Counted from the stretch's first letter, positions 27,842 to 38,907 are shown. The stretch is 64,000 nt of DNA from Candidatus Bathyarchaeia archaeon (GCA_037481775.1 JBBFKZ010000004.1:1-64000), one strand, 5' to 3'. The notes: generated from the sequence alone by a model not told the origin. A program made the numbers and translations.

Positions 27842-29372
27842 CTGTCTTTCGCACCTTCACGTGGCTCATGGGATCATCTAAAACGCGGGGAATCCAGTCG
27901 AGGAGGTCTGTGGCCACTAAATGATAGCCAATCGTGTTTGCAGCGAAATCGCCTGCTGCGCCATTTACGAAGGCACCTGCAACTGCAGCATCAAACGCGT
28001 CAGATTTCTGTGCCAAAAACGCGCCTACTATGCCTGAAAGCACGTCGCCGGTACCGCCAACAGTCATGCCTGGATTACCGGTGAAATTCAGTTTAACCCG
28101 TGTTGTATCGCAAATTACATCAACTTGCCCCTTCAGCAAAATTACCGATTTGAGTTCAGCAGCTGTTCTTTGTACTTCAACGGCGCGTTCTTCAAGTTTT
28201 TCCGGCAGCTTTTGTCCTGTAAGCACAGCGTATTCTCCAGCATGCGGCGTAAGCACAAGCGGCACCTTTAATTTGCGCTTGAATTCGGCGAAAGCTTTCA
28301 AGCCGTCCGCGTCAAGAAGTAGTGGTTTACCCGCGTTTTCAACTGCCGACACGAATGCTTTAACAAATTCTCGAGTTTTAGAATGCAAGCCAAGGCCTGG
28401 CCCCATGACAACGGCGTCAACCATTTCCAAGTACGGCGTCAATTCGCCTACATTCTCTAAGTTCAGCCGATCACCTTTAAGCTTTAGTGTTATCAAATTA
28501 GGCGACATCGACGAGACGGCGTATGCAGTTTTCGTTGGCGCAGCCAGGTAAACGATGTCCACGCCTGTCCGCAGAGCCGCTAACGCAACCAAGGCAGGTG
28601 CTCCAGAAAAAATCTCGCTACCTCCGACAACTAATAACCTTCCAAAATCACCTTTATGGGCACTTGCAAGGCGCGATTTTCTGACGAGAACCACGTCGCC
28701 GGGCCCAGCGAATTTTTCCAGCGTTTCAGGCAGACCTATTTCGCTCACAATTAGCTCGCCAACATACTTTTTTGCATTGTACAACCCTGTCTTTGCTTTA
28801 TGAAATGTGACTGTGAGATCTGCTTTCACAGCGTTGCCTAAAACTTCTCCAGTATCAGAGTCTATTCCAGTTGGGACATCTACAGCAACTTTAAACGCGC
28901 TTAACGTGTTGATATATTCAACCATCTGGGCTATTGGCGGTTTCAGCTGACCTTTTGTGCCTGTTCCTAGAAGGGCGTCAACAACTATCTCAGCATCCAC
29001 TTTAGGTATAAGTGCGCTGTCTGTGACTTCCTGAACGGGAATACTTGAACGTAAAGCTTGAAGGGCTTGCCAGTTCTTTAGCGCAGCTTCATGTCGGATG
29101 TCCGCGCCTTTTCCTGCGAGAACCACTGATACACGAAAACCCAAAGCTAAAAGATGCCGCGCAGCAACAAAGCCATCACCACCGTTTCCGCCTAGACCGC
29201 AGAAAATGATGATTTTTCGTTCTCGTGGAAAGCGGGAAGCGATTTCCGCGGCTACATTTCGTCCAGCGTTTTCCATAAGTTGCAGTAAAGAGATACCGAA
29301 ATATTCCGCGTTAATTTCTAAAGTGCGCATTTCTAAGCTTGTGATGAAAGATGCCTTATTTTTTGCTTGCAT
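27825..29372 (-). CDS. nnr: Bifunctional NAD(P)H-hydrate epimerase/dehydratase
   Basis: LMENAG, GNGGDG, HKGDFG, TPHAGE, GGTGDVLSG. Confidence 0.93.
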   Translation of the reverse strand: MQAKNKASFITSLEMRTLEINAEYFGISLLQLMENAGRNVAAEIASRFPRERKIIIFCGLGGNGGDGFVAARHLLALGFRVSVVLAGKGADIRHEAALKNWQALQALRSSIPVQEVTDSALIPKVDAEIVVDALLGTGTKGQLKPPIAQMVEYINTLSAFKVAVDVPTGIDSDTGEVLGNAVKADLTVTFHKAKTGLYNAKKYVGELIVSEIGLPETLEKFAGPGDVVLVRKSRLASAHKGDFGRLLVVGGSEIFSGAPALVALAALRTGVDIVYLAAPTKTAYAVSSMSPNLITLKLKGDRLNLENVGELTPYLEMVDAVVMGPGLGLHSKTREFVKAFVSAVENAGKPLLLDADGLKAFAEFKRKLKVPLVLTPHAGEYAVLTGQKLPEKLEERAVEVQRTAAELKSVILLKGQVDVICDTTRVKLNFTGNPGMTVGGTGDVLSGIVGAFLAQKSDAFDAAVAGAFVNGAAGDFAANTIGYHLVATDLLDWIPRVLDDPMSHVKVRKTGGAVA

Positions 29373-29481
29373 ATTTTCAGCCCTGAATAAGTTAATGGCA
29401 CTTTTCGAAAAATAAGCCTATCCGTGAAATAAGAGCCATTTCAAGTTCAAGTTGCTTTGAGTTCCGTTACAGTGACGTGCG

Positions 29482-29501
29482 GTATACAAAAGCATCAACA
29501 A
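29482..29501 (+). repeat. 20-bp dispersed motif, copy 1
   Basis: GTATACAAAAGCATCAACAA. Confidence 0.9.
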
Positions 29502-29569
29502 AACACACTTCTACCGCTTTACATGCCGCTGAGTTCTGCATAGAACACGTTTGCAGATGCATTGACGCT

Positions 29570-29860
29570 TTAGGAAGTGCCTATTTTTGCGTTTGCGCGG
29601 TTATGTTTTCCTCTGTATGCTCTAGAAACAATCATGGTTGAGGTTACCAGAACATTTGGCACAGTTCGAATCTTATCTGATATAAATTCTTCCAGTGCGC
29701 TCAAGTCATGTGCCTCAATTTTTGCGACGACATCATATTCGCCAAAAATAATGTCCGCATGTAACACTTCGTCAAACTCAACAAGTCTTTGACAAACTTC
29801 TCTTTCTGTTCCTGAATTAACTTTGAACAAAACATAAGCCAAGACAGCCAATGTTATCAC
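29570..29860 (-). CDS. Lrp/AsnC ligand-binding domain protein
   Basis: AYVLFKV..GEYDVVAKI..TSTMI. Confidence 0.85.
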   Translation of the reverse strand: MITLAVLAYVLFKVNSGTEREVCQRLVEFDEVLHADIIFGEYDVVAKIEAHDLSALEEFISDKIRTVPNVLVTSTMIVSRAYRGKHNRANAKIGTS

Positions 29861-30000
29861 CGTTTTCTTTTATTCAAACGCCACTTAATTACTTTTCCAT
29901 GTTAAAGCTCGAGCGCGCTGATTTTGGAAAAGCATTTATTCTTTGTTCAACCCATATTTTTAACATAGCGCTAATAGTTGTCTGCCTAAATATTGTTTAG

Positions 30001-30732
30001 GTGAACTACTTGAAAAACGACTTAAGTGTAAAGAGCACAGATGCGCTTATAATTGTAGATGTTCAAAATGACTTCTGCTACGGCGGAGCCTTGCCTGTTC
30101 CTGAAGGTGACCAAGTGGTCCCAGTGCTTAACGATTACATAAGGATTTTCAAGAACGCTAATGCTAAAATTTTCGCGACAAGAGACTGGCATCCGCCAAA
30201 TCATATATCTTTCAAAGCGCAAGGAGGCTCATGGCCGCCTCACTGTGTGCAGGATACTGAAGGCGCCAAGTTTCACCCTGACTTAAAACTTCCAAGTGAT
30301 GCAGCAATTATATCAAAGGCGACAGATCCGCGTAAAGAGGCATACTCTGGCTTTGACGGCACTGAGCTTGCGGATATGCTTAACAAGGCAGGCGTTAAGC
30401 GGCTTTTTGTAGGTGGATTAGCAACTGACTACTGCGTTAAAAACACTGTGCTTGATGCGCGTAAACTGGGTTTTCCAACAGTATTGCTCTTGGATGCTGT
30501 CCGAGGCATTAATGCAAAACCAGACGATGTAAAAACAGCTATCGCGGCGATGATTCAAAGTGGCGCAGAGCAAGCCACCTTAGAGGACTTCCAAGAAACT
30601 TTTGAGTTTCCACCTACTGACGATTCTGACACCGAGGTGCTAGCGAAGAAACCTCTGATAAAGGCTGATACAAAAAAGAGGGCGCGAATGAGGCCTCGTG
30701 GTAAATACAAAAGAGTCCGCACTGAACAGTAA
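30001..30732 (+). CDS. pncA: Nicotinamidase/pyrazinamidase
   Basis: VDVQNDF, DWHP, WPPHCV, GLATDYCV. Confidence 0.92.
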   Translation: MNYLKNDLSVKSTDALIIVDVQNDFCYGGALPVPEGDQVVPVLNDYIRIFKNANAKIFATRDWHPPNHISFKAQGGSWPPHCVQDTEGAKFHPDLKLPSDAAIISKATDPRKEAYSGFDGTELADMLNKAGVKRLFVGGLATDYCVKNTVLDARKLGFPTVLLLDAVRGINAKPDDVKTAIAAMIQSGAEQATLEDFQETFEFPPTDDSDTEVLAKKPLIKADTKKRARMRPRGKYKRVRTEQ

Positions 30733-31015
30733 TAAATCGTAAGTGCGAATTCGAACAAAAATTAACATGCTACTCCCTTCTTTTTGTATTTCCTGTTACG
30801 TCATCGTCTAAAAACGTGAGTTGGGCTCGAATTTCAACGAAGCTTATAAATACATGAAATTTAATGAGGAAAATTCCAGAGAAAAAGCGTTATTCTGCCG
30901 AATTTCTAATTAGAAAATCACAAAAACCACGCATTATGTTTTGCTTTACGATTAATTTTTGGTAGGTTACTGTGATTTTTGCGGGAAAGTACCCCGTCTT
31001 TTTCCCTTTATGGCT

Positions 31016-31064
31016 TGCGAAAAAATTTCGAATAGTCGCTTTTTACAATAAAAAGTTAAAATTA
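31016..31064 (+). repeat. 49-bp intergenic repeat, copy A (inverted copy at 39248-39296)
   Basis: 41/49 ungapped identity to the reverse complement of 39248-39296. Confidence 0.8.
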
Positions 31065-31239
31065 TCACTCGATTTTCCATAAATTAACTCTAAAAAGTTA
31101 AAATAACATGGTAAATGGTGTTTGAAGGGGACGTACGAAATGCGAAATCCCAACAAATACTTTCTGCGAAAAGTGCAATCAGAATTTAGCTCTAAAAAAA
31201 CTGCTGAAAAAAAAATGCGCAGAAGAGGCGAATAGGCGT

Positions 31240-31665
31240 TCATGTCTCGCCCATGACTTGAATAATGATTGTTCTTTTACGTGGGTAGACATCTGTTTCC
31301 ACGAAAAGCAAAGATTGCCACGTTCCAAACTCAACCTGTCCATCGATTACTGGTAACGTCTTGTCGGGGGGCAAAAGAACCGACCGCAGGTGTGCATAAG
31401 CATTAGATGGGTGCTGATACGCACCTTGCATGGGTACTATTTTTTCAAGAAAAGCTTTGATGTCGTTAAGCAAGCCATAGTCATTTTCTGTCAAGATCAG
31501 TATGCCTGTTGCATGTGGCGCAAAGACATGAACCACGCCATTTTGAATGCCTGCGTTAGACACAACTTCTTGAACTTTTTCAGTTAAATCTACGAACTCT
31601 ATTGCGCCTTTTGTTGAGAAGTTATAATGCTTGTTAACAACCTTAAAACCTGACATGGCGATCAC
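31240..31665 (-). CDS. YjbQ/UPF0047 family protein
   Basis: PHATG, NAYAHLRS, GTWQ motifs. Confidence 0.9.
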   Translation of the reverse strand: MIAMSGFKVVNKHYNFSTKGAIEFVDLTEKVQEVVSNAGIQNGVVHVFAPHATGILILTENDYGLLNDIKAFLEKIVPMQGAYQHPSNAYAHLRSVLLPPDKTLPVIDGQVEFGTWQSLLFVETDVYPRKRTIIIQVMGET

Positions 31666-31770
31666 GAGATTTATTTTTGCTGTTGCCTACTCAAAAATGT
31701 TTTTCATTAATGCCCGTGCAATCTTGCAGCCTTTTGCTGCCACGTTCGGCTATTATGTGTATGTTCGGGC

Positions 31771-31785
31771 GATGCTTTTGTATAC
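31771..31785 (-). repeat. 20-bp dispersed motif, copy 2 (15-bp core)
   Basis: Reverse complement GTATACAAAAGCATC. Confidence 0.8.
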
Positions 31786-31938
31786 GTGCTTCAAGCTTTG
31801 ATGCATGGTGAACCTCCGTGATTGATAATTTTTTCGGTAATATCGGAGCAACGAGACTCACTTGACAAGAATTATGCGTCAATAGTATAAGCAGAAAATA
31901 AGCGAGTTTTAGCCACTTCAGCATTAGAGATTTAGCAG

Positions 31939-34200
31939 TCAATAGGGTTTACGCTTGTACTTTTGAATGGGAATTTGAATAACTTGCTGTTCTACAAGGC
32001 ATTCTTTTAAGTAGTCGTCCAATGTAGCGGCAGGCACCACTTCGATAGTGTAATCGCGCGGATCAATCGAATGTGCATAGTTTTTTTGCGGGATAACCAC
32101 TTTCTTGAAGCCCCACGCTTCAGCAGCTTTAATCTTTTCGTGAACGCCTCCAACCGCGGTGATCTGGATGGTGCCGCTGACGCTGAGGTTTATTTCTCCG
32201 GTAACTGCTACATCCTGTCTTATCAGTTTTCCTTCAATAAGTGAGCACAGAAGAATTGCCATTGTCACGCCTGCAGAAGGCCCATCAACACCATATGACT
32301 GCGCAAAATCTATATGCGTTAGGTAATCCTGCGCTATGTCCACACCGTATTTTTGAAGAATAACGCTTCTAACCTTGGCTATGCTATCTGAGATGAAGCT
32401 TTGACCTTTAGCAACGCCAGTCACCTTGTAGTAACCTTTAAGTGGGTTATCACGTGCAAGTTCGCTTTTCTTAACCAACTGCGCTTTTACGCTAAGGACG
32501 TTACCTGTCATCTCACCGCTGTACGGATCATGAACAACTGCCAAACCGTGGATCTGACCAAGTTTTACGCCTTCAGGGTTTATTTCCAAAAGTTTACCCC
32601 TTTCCTGAATTTCGTGCTCCAGCAGCTGTTTTTGAATTGTTTTGCAGTGCTCGTTTATTGCTTCTAGAACGTGACGCCGCTCAACTACTTTGCAGTTCTC
32701 GTTCATAGCCAACGTCGCCGCGGTCTTTATTATGGAGATTAGCGGTCTAAACCTCGTAGTAAGTGCATCTCGTTTGTTGCTTCTTCGCCGGCCTTCCTCA
32801 ACTATTTCGATGCATGCCTCTCTGTCGAAGGGTATCAGATTGAAACGCTTAACCTCTTGCGCTATAAACTGAACATACTTTCGTCTGTTTTCCACCGTAT
32901 TAGGCATGTCGTTGTTCATGCGCACGACCTTGCCGTAGCCGTAGAAGCGATCCATAAGCGCAGGGTGAATCTGACCGATGCTGTCAAAGTTTCCAGCGCC
33001 TACTAAGAAAGTTATGGCTGGAACAGGTTCTGTTGATACTGCCATCGCCGAAGTACCTCCTCCATGCCATCTGTCGCGTAAGGTTATAGGTAGCTGCCCA
33101 TCTTCCAGAACAGTTAGCAGGGTAATTGCCTCTTCCTGATCTAGGTTTTTAATTTCGTCTATGTAAAGTATTCCAAGGGATGCTTTGTGTACGTCGCCCG
33201 CGGTAACTCGCTGGTGCTCTGGCGTGCCCAACCCGCCGGTTTGGAAAGGATCCCATGCTACAGACCCAAAGAGCTGCGCGCTTCTATGGCCTGTGGCATC
33301 TACAAATGGTGCATGTTCTGAACTGTTATCCACTATAAGTTTTGGAACATCAGATTGTTGCGCGCCTCCGATACCGCGGAGATTGGTCAACCCGCCTATG
33401 CGTGTAAACCACCATAAGAAGACGCTAAAGAAGATTAGGCTGCCGCCTGGAATGAATGTTACTGGCACAATATTTAAGAAACGATCAATAAGGTACGCTG
33501 AAAAATTGTTATTATACAATTCTTGCCAAGCGGTGCCTCCGAGCGAAACGCCGCCGGCGTTCCATGCTTGCCATGCGTCAACCATAAAGTATAGACCTAT
33601 TCCTAAGAGCAGTACCCCTAATGTAAGCATAAATGCTTGTAAAACTCTGAGACCGACTTTTGTCGCGAATTTACGCTTAAGCTCTTTGAGCTGTTCTTTT
33701 TGCTGTATTTTTTTGCCTTCTCCAGCCTTGTGAATAGATACACGAGGCTGACTGGGCATTGCAGGATTTTTCCAGGAGAGTACATCGAAAAGTTTTATGC
33801 CGTTTTCTTTGTAAACCTGCGTTAATTTTTCAGCTAAGGCTCTTCCAAGAAGCGACTTGCCTGTTCCGGGGTCGCCTAACAGCAGCAAGTATGGGCCTGG
33901 GCTGATCATCGTTTTTGCGGATGGCTTGTGCTCTTCAGGCTTGCTCCAGTAAGTGTACCACTGTGTCTGCTCTAGATACTTGAGTTTGTGGACCCACTCG
34001 TTTAAGCATAGGAAGCTCTCGTTTAGAGCCTGCTCTTGGCCTATGATCCAGTTAATCATGTTATCGTCTACTGGGAACTCTTCTGTTGATTTGAATTTAC
34101 CCCAGTTCCATCTTACCTTCACAGTTCTACCTTGAACAGTGCGGTTGATCGTTTCAGTGTCTGTGCCAAAATAATCAAAAGACAAGCCTTCTCCTCCCAT
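31939..34200 (-). CDS. lonB: Membrane-bound ATP-dependent Lon protease (LonB type)
   Basis: GDPGTGKS, TM insertion, YIDEI, DGPSAG catalytic Ser, GGVHEKI catalytic Lys. Confidence 0.9.
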   Translation of the reverse strand: MGGEGLSFDYFGTDTETINRTVQGRTVKVRWNWGKFKSTEEFPVDDNMINWIIGQEQALNESFLCLNEWVHKLKYLEQTQWYTYWSKPEEHKPSAKTMISPGPYLLLLGDPGTGKSLLGRALAEKLTQVYKENGIKLFDVLSWKNPAMPSQPRVSIHKAGEGKKIQQKEQLKELKRKFATKVGLRVLQAFMLTLGVLLLGIGLYFMVDAWQAWNAGGVSLGGTAWQELYNNNFSAYLIDRFLNIVPVTFIPGGSLIFFSVFLWWFTRIGGLTNLRGIGGAQQSDVPKLIVDNSSEHAPFVDATGHRSAQLFGSVAWDPFQTGGLGTPEHQRVTAGDVHKASLGILYIDEIKNLDQEEAITLLTVLEDGQLPITLRDRWHGGGTSAMAVSTEPVPAITFLVGAGNFDSIGQIHPALMDRFYGYGKVVRMNNDMPNTVENRRKYVQFIAQEVKRFNLIPFDREACIEIVEEGRRRSNKRDALTTRFRPLISIIKTAATLAMNENCKVVERRHVLEAINEHCKTIQKQLLEHEIQERGKLLEINPEGVKLGQIHGLAVVHDPYSGEMTGNVLSVKAQLVKKSELARDNPLKGYYKVTGVAKGQSFISDSIAKVRSVILQKYGVDIAQDYLTHIDFAQSYGVDGPSAGVTMAILLCSLIEGKLIRQDVAVTGEINLSVSGTIQITAVGGVHEKIKAAEAWGFKKVVIPQKNYAHSIDPRDYTIEVVPAATLDDYLKECLVEQQVIQIPIQKYKRKPY

Positions 34201-35103
34201 ACTGCTACAAGTCTTTCCGTTCTGAGCAATTAAAGAACTTATTTCCAAATTGGCAATATTCAAAAAAATGTACATAACTCCTTGATTTTAATCCCTGATT
34301 AAACGGATTTTCGAACAATCTTTTTTTAGAAAATAAGGCATTTTAAATTCTTATTTGCTGGCAAACACTGAATTAATTGGTTGTACGCTTTCGAACAATA
34401 ATCTCTGCGAAAGCTACCGTATTTTTCGCATTGAACGCAGAAATTAAAAAGCCTAAAATAGGCCTTAAACGAAAAAATGGCCTTATTTTTGCCTTTTCAA
34501 CTTCTGGTTTTAGGCCAACACATGGAGAAAACCATGGCCTCATATAAAGACTGACGAAAATCTCCATGCGACGCCGAAGCGGGTTCACTTCGAAGCTACT
34601 TCGAGGGATTTTTCGGTTCACAAGCGTTTTCTGCTGCCGTCCCGGCCTTCGGGAAATGAATGCATGTGCTGTCTTTGCTTGTCGTTTGACTTGGTCTTAG
34701 CTGCATCTGCTGAAGCTTCGCTGATTGTTTCATTGCGGGTTCCGCTCTGCGTTCTTAGGTGAATTCTTGCGCACTATCTTTGGTTGATGTGTGGCGGTTT
34801 TACGCTGGCGCTGTTGCGTTGCAAGTGTTTTTTTGGCTGATGTAACTGCATAAGACGTGTTTGCTGCACTGGTTTGTGCTATTACTTCTAGTTATATGCA
34901 TTATTAGGATGCGGGAAAAAACGGCGTTTTGAAGCTTATTTGCTGTGAGAGCACGCATTTACGCCTGCTGGTGTAGGCTAAAACGTTGCAATTTTTTAGA
35001 TGCTTACGGAATGTTTTTCATACATCGTTGCATTGGTTGTATTAGTATTACTTTGAATTAATCATCATCACCAGAAGGCTCTAGGCGAAAACTTGCGGAC
35101 AGC

Positions 35104-35123
35104 GTATACAAAAGCATCAACAA
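35104..35123 (+). repeat. 20-bp dispersed motif, copy 3
   Basis: GTATACAAAAGCATCAACAA. Confidence 0.9.
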
Positions 35124-35181
35124 TACGGCACATAATTCTTTATATTGTCTCTGCTTCTACTGCTGCTTAGGGCAAAAAGCC

Positions 35182-35601
35182 ATGATCAAGGATGTAGACA
35201 GAATTAAACTTCGCCGATGGCGCAAGCGTGGCTTTTACAGCGAAAACGCACTTGTAAAGCTACTGCAGAAAAATGGGTACAACGCCGTACGCATCCCAGT
35301 CAGCAACCCCAGCTTAAGCCCGCTACCCGACGTCATTGCTAGAAAAGGCGAGCACATCTATGCTTTTGAAGTAAAGAATGCAGATTACTACGCTTATTTC
35401 CCCAAGCAGCAGATTGACAAGCTCTTCCGGTTCCTAAACGAGCTCATGCCCGGCGGCAACGAGCAGAAGCATGCGGTTGTAGCTGCACATCTGGGTAAAA
35501 AATGGCTTTTCAAAGAAGTCACTTGGAGCGACTGGGAAAAAGATAAGTTACCAGAGAAGATCCGAATTCTTAAGCGTGACCGAGGAAATTTTACGTTGTA
35601 G
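35182..35601 (+). CDS. Hjc/Hje-like PD-(D/E)XK nuclease
   Basis: G..SE..L...L...GY.AVRIPVS, PDVIA, FEVK. Confidence 0.8.
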   Translation: MIKDVDRIKLRRWRKRGFYSENALVKLLQKNGYNAVRIPVSNPSLSPLPDVIARKGEHIYAFEVKNADYYAYFPKQQIDKLFRFLNELMPGGNEQKHAVVAAHLGKKWLFKEVTWSDWEKDKLPEKIRILKRDRGNFTL

Positions 35602-35681
35602 CCGCCACGCGCATGTCAGTGCGCTCATTTGTCTGCGTGGAACCTAAAAGCCTATTATCAGCTGGCAACACATCTTCTAAC

Positions 35682-36377
35682 ATGGCAATGGAACCTAAAG
35701 AGTCCGCCGTTTACCTGCAAGATTTATACAAAACGTATCAAATTGGCGAAGTAGAAGTTGAAGTTCTAAAAGGCGTAAACCTAACGGTCGCAAAGGGACA
35801 GTTTGTCGCCATCTGCGGCCCGTCAGGCTCGGGAAAAACAACGTTGCTTAACATTATCAGCGGCATTGATAAGCCTACACGTGGGAAAGCAATAATCTTA
35901 GGACAAGACTTGACAGTTCAGGACGAAGATTTTTTGGCGGAATTCCGATGCAATAACGTGGGATTCGTTTTCCAATCTTACAATCTCGTCTCAACTTTAA
36001 CGGTAGCGGAGAACATCGCTTTCCCAATGGAGTGGAGCCGAAAACCTGAAGAAGAAATAGAAAAACGCGTAGTCGAATTGCTGGAAATAGTGGGATTAAG
36101 GCATAGGGCAAACCATTTTTCCGCTCAATTAAGTGGCGGTGAACAGCAGCGGGTAGCATTTGCGCGTGCCTTGGCCAATGATCCGCTGCTGATTCTTGCT
36201 GATGAACCAACTGGCAATTTGGATGCTAAAAACGGGCAGAAAATCACGCAGATACTGCAGATGCTGAAAGCAAAGGGAAAAACCGTTATTGTAGCAACTC
36301 ATGATCCAGAAGTTACGCGGCTGTCCGACCAGCTACTGTGTTTGGAAGAAGGCACATTGGTGAGTTGTGATGAGTAA
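35682..36377 (+). CDS. ABC transporter ATP-binding protein (LolD/MacB type)
   Basis: [25 protein letters not shown]. Confidence 0.93.
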   Translation: MAMEPKESAVYLQDLYKTYQIGEVEVEVLKGVNLTVAKGQFVAICGPSGSGKTTLLNIISGIDKPTRGKAIILGQDLTVQDEDFLAEFRCNNVGFVFQSYNLVSTLTVAENIAFPMEWSRKPEEEIEKRVVELLEIVGLRHRANHFSAQLSGGEQQRVAFARALANDPLLILADEPTGNLDAKNGQKITQILQMLKAKGKTVIVATHDPEVTRLSDQLLCLEEGTLVSCDE

Positions 36378-38220
36378 GACGGCTTTTCCAGCAAATGATT
36401 TGCTCCGTAGAAAGTGGCAAACAGGATTAACAGCGGCGACTTTAACATTAAGCGTTGCCTCCACGCTCTTTCTGCTATGCTTCAGCAGGCGAATAGGAAT
36501 TGATGTAGCCCAGTCAGCGACCTCGCTTACTAGCGGCTTGTCAACAGTGTTCTCGCAGTTTATACTATTCATTGGTATTCTGATTTTCGCGGTAGGCGCT
36601 GTGATAACTTCTTTTGTAGTGCTTTTAATGATGAAACAAAGAACTCGAGATTTCGGCCTAATCAAAGCGGCTGGCTGTCCAAACGGACTTGTTTTCTCCT
36701 TCTTCTTAACCGAGCTTCTAATCATAACCCTCACAAGTTGCATTTTAGGCATTGCACTTGGCTATTCAATTGATGTTGCGTTTGCGCATTTTTTCCGTTT
36801 TCAAGCCTATTCGACATCGGAGGATTTGTGGCTTGCTATTCTAGTTTTTGCCGCCTTCTTTGCGCTTGCACTAATATTCGGAGTGAAACCGCTATTGGCT
36901 GCGGCTCGCTTGCCTCCAGTAAACGCGTTGTCGCCCATTCAATACTTCGGTATCAGCGCTGCACGAGCGTACAAGCCTTTATCAAGATCTGGCTTAACGC
37001 TTAGAATTGCCTTACGAAGCATATTCCGACGTCAAGCGGTAAGCGTACGCCTTATTTTGTTGCTTTCAACAGTTTTTGTGCTGCTTACAGTGGCGGTGGC
37101 TGGAGGCATAATCGCTAATGACACCACAAAGGCGTGGATTGAAAGCGCTGTAGGTAAAGACACACTTGTAATAGCCCACAGTAGCATGTGCAGCCAATAC
37201 AAGTTGCTTTTATCCAAATTCGTAGGCGCCGCAGAAAACAGCAAATTTGACTATCTAAACACGCAGTATTCCATAACTGACGCTATGCTTCAACGATTAC
37301 AAGCTATACCGGGCGTGGCCGCTGTCGACGCACGGTTAATCTGTAAAACCCACATCTATGAAGTTCGAAATTTCACAGTTGATCCAGAAACTTTAGCAAC
37401 TATTCCAGTTGGCGACAATCGAGAAGGCGAATCACTAATCATCGGAGTCAACCCAGAAAATGTGGTAACCTCTTGGTGCATCAACGGGCGATTTTTAGCT
37501 GCAGCCAATTCATGGGAAGCTGTAATCGGCGATTCAATAGCGCAAACAATGTTTACACGACCATTAGTTCAAAGCGTCCGCGTATACAACAAGACTTTCA
37601 GTGTTATTGGCGTGTGCGTTGACCCAATCAGCAACGGTAAAGTCATTTACGTTCCACTTAAGCAATTACAAACAATAACAAATAGCCCATATGCGAATAT
37701 TGCGCTTGTTAAAATAACTCCATCAGCTGACCGCGTAGCCACGTTAGCAAAGATAAAAACGGAAGTTCTAAGCTTGAATCCCGCTTTTGCCATATTGGAG
37801 TTAGATGAGATCCTTCATGAGGCGCTTAATTTTCTGGGTTCTGTATGGTCATCCGTCATGCTTCTACCATTGCTTACGTTGGCTTCTGCCGCATTGTGCC
37901 TGATTGGCTATATGATGCTGACAGTTGATGAGCAGCGACAAGAACTTGCGATTTTACGCGCTGTCTGCATTAAACCGAATACGATTATCGCTATTCTCGC
38001 CGTTCAAGTTGTTGTCATTTTGCTTTCAAGTTTTGGCGTTGGAATCTCATTGGGTATAATCGCAACAGTGTTGATTCTAGTGCCTAACCCAGTTGTGACC
38101 AGCCTAACCGTAATAGAAGTTTCCGCTTGGTTATTAGCAGCGTTAGCAACAATGTTTCTTCTCAGCCTCTACCCGGCGATTCGATTCGCCAAAACACCCC
38201 TTCTGAAATTTTTAGTCTAA
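36370..38220 (+). CDS. FtsX/MacB-like ABC permease
   Basis: Two FtsX motifs (RTRDFGLIKAAG, QRQELAILRAV) and an extracellular domain. Confidence 0.88.
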   Translation: MSKTAFPANDLLRRKWQTGLTAATLTLSVASTLFLLCFSRRIGIDVAQSATSLTSGLSTVFSQFILFIGILIFAVGAVITSFVVLLMMKQRTRDFGLIKAAGCPNGLVFSFFLTELLIITLTSCILGIALGYSIDVAFAHFFRFQAYSTSEDLWLAILVFAAFFALALIFGVKPLLAAARLPPVNALSPIQYFGISAARAYKPLSRSGLTLRIALRSIFRRQAVSVRLILLLSTVFVLLTVAVAGGIIANDTTKAWIESAVGKDTLVIAHSSMCSQYKLLLSKFVGAAENSKFDYLNTQYSITDAMLQRLQAIPGVAAVDARLICKTHIYEVRNFTVDPETLATIPVGDNREGESLIIGVNPENVVTSWCINGRFLAAANSWEAVIGDSIAQTMFTRPLVQSVRVYNKTFSVIGVCVDPISNGKVIYVPLKQLQTITNSPYANIALVKITPSADRVATLAKIKTEVLSLNPAFAILELDEILHEALNFLGSVWSSVMLLPLLTLASAALCLIGYMMLTVDEQRQELAILRAVCIKPNTIIAILAVQVVVILLSSFGVGISLGIIATVLILVPNPVVTSLTVIEVSAWLLAALATMFLLSLYPAIRFAKTPLLKFLV

Positions 38221-38907
38221 ATGTTTATATTCTCTTAAAAAGTATTTCAGCGACTCCGTGTAGGCTGGTAACTGACTTAAAAAATCTTGCAGCTGAAGCA
38301 CGGGAACAATAGGCACATTGTCGTAAAACTTGAAGTTAGCCTGCACTAGCGATAAAACAACTGGTATGAACTTTGCCTTATCCCATTTTGTGCACTCAAG
38401 AGTCACGGAAATATTCGGTAGCGCTTCAGCTAGCGCTCTTGCCCTTGCTGTTTGCGCCTCGGTTATGCGTCTTACCATTGATGGTGCCAGATGACTCCAG
38501 TGCTTGCAGTCTATGCATACAACCAGCGGCTTTTTGCATCCAACAACGTCTATTTCCCATTTCTTGCCTTCATGCTTAAAGCGCACATTTTCCGCAACAA
38601 TGTAACCGTTTCTTTCCAATACCACTGCGGCCATATCTTCAAATTCCTGCCAACGCAAAAAAGCGCTGACACGCTCCACATCTACACCCAACGATACTGC
38701 TTTGACCGCTAACATCAGGCGCTGGTCACGTGATATTCTGATGGAACCATCCTGCAAATTAAGTACTTCTTCATTTTGAAACTTTTCAAGCAAACTACTT
38801 ATAACGTCTGTGGGCAGCCTAACTTCTTTATTGACATCTTCAATTAAAACATGGCCGCTCTGGGTCAACTTAAGCAAAGAAATTAACAATTCTCTTTCAA
38901 TAAACAT
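38212..38907 (-). CDS. wHTH + restriction-endonuclease-like (Mrr/NERD) PD-(D/E)XK protein
   Basis: WQEFE, EIDVVG, IDCKHW; N-terminal HTH-like region. Confidence 0.8.
   Translation of the reverse strand: MFIERELLISLLKLTQSGHVLIEDVNKEVRLPTDVISSLLEKFQNEEVLNLQDGSIRISRDQRLMLAVKAVSLGVDVERVSAFLRWQEFEDMAAVVLERNGYIVAENVRFKHEGKKWEIDVVGCKKPLVVCIDCKHWSHLAPSMVRRITEAQTARARALAEALPNISVTLECTKWDKAKFIPVVLSLVQANFKFYDNVPIVPVLQLQDFLSQLPAYTESLKYFLREYKHLD

Noticed and set aside
27934-28551. Long antisense ORFs (also 33185-33733, 54949-55449 and similar)
   Set aside because: Shadows of well-supported genes on the opposite strand
34373-34621. 82-aa ORF, and the ORFs at 31691-31942, 38926-39216 and 39707-39892
   Set aside because: No clear SD or recognisable motifs; they overlap repeat or regulatory elements
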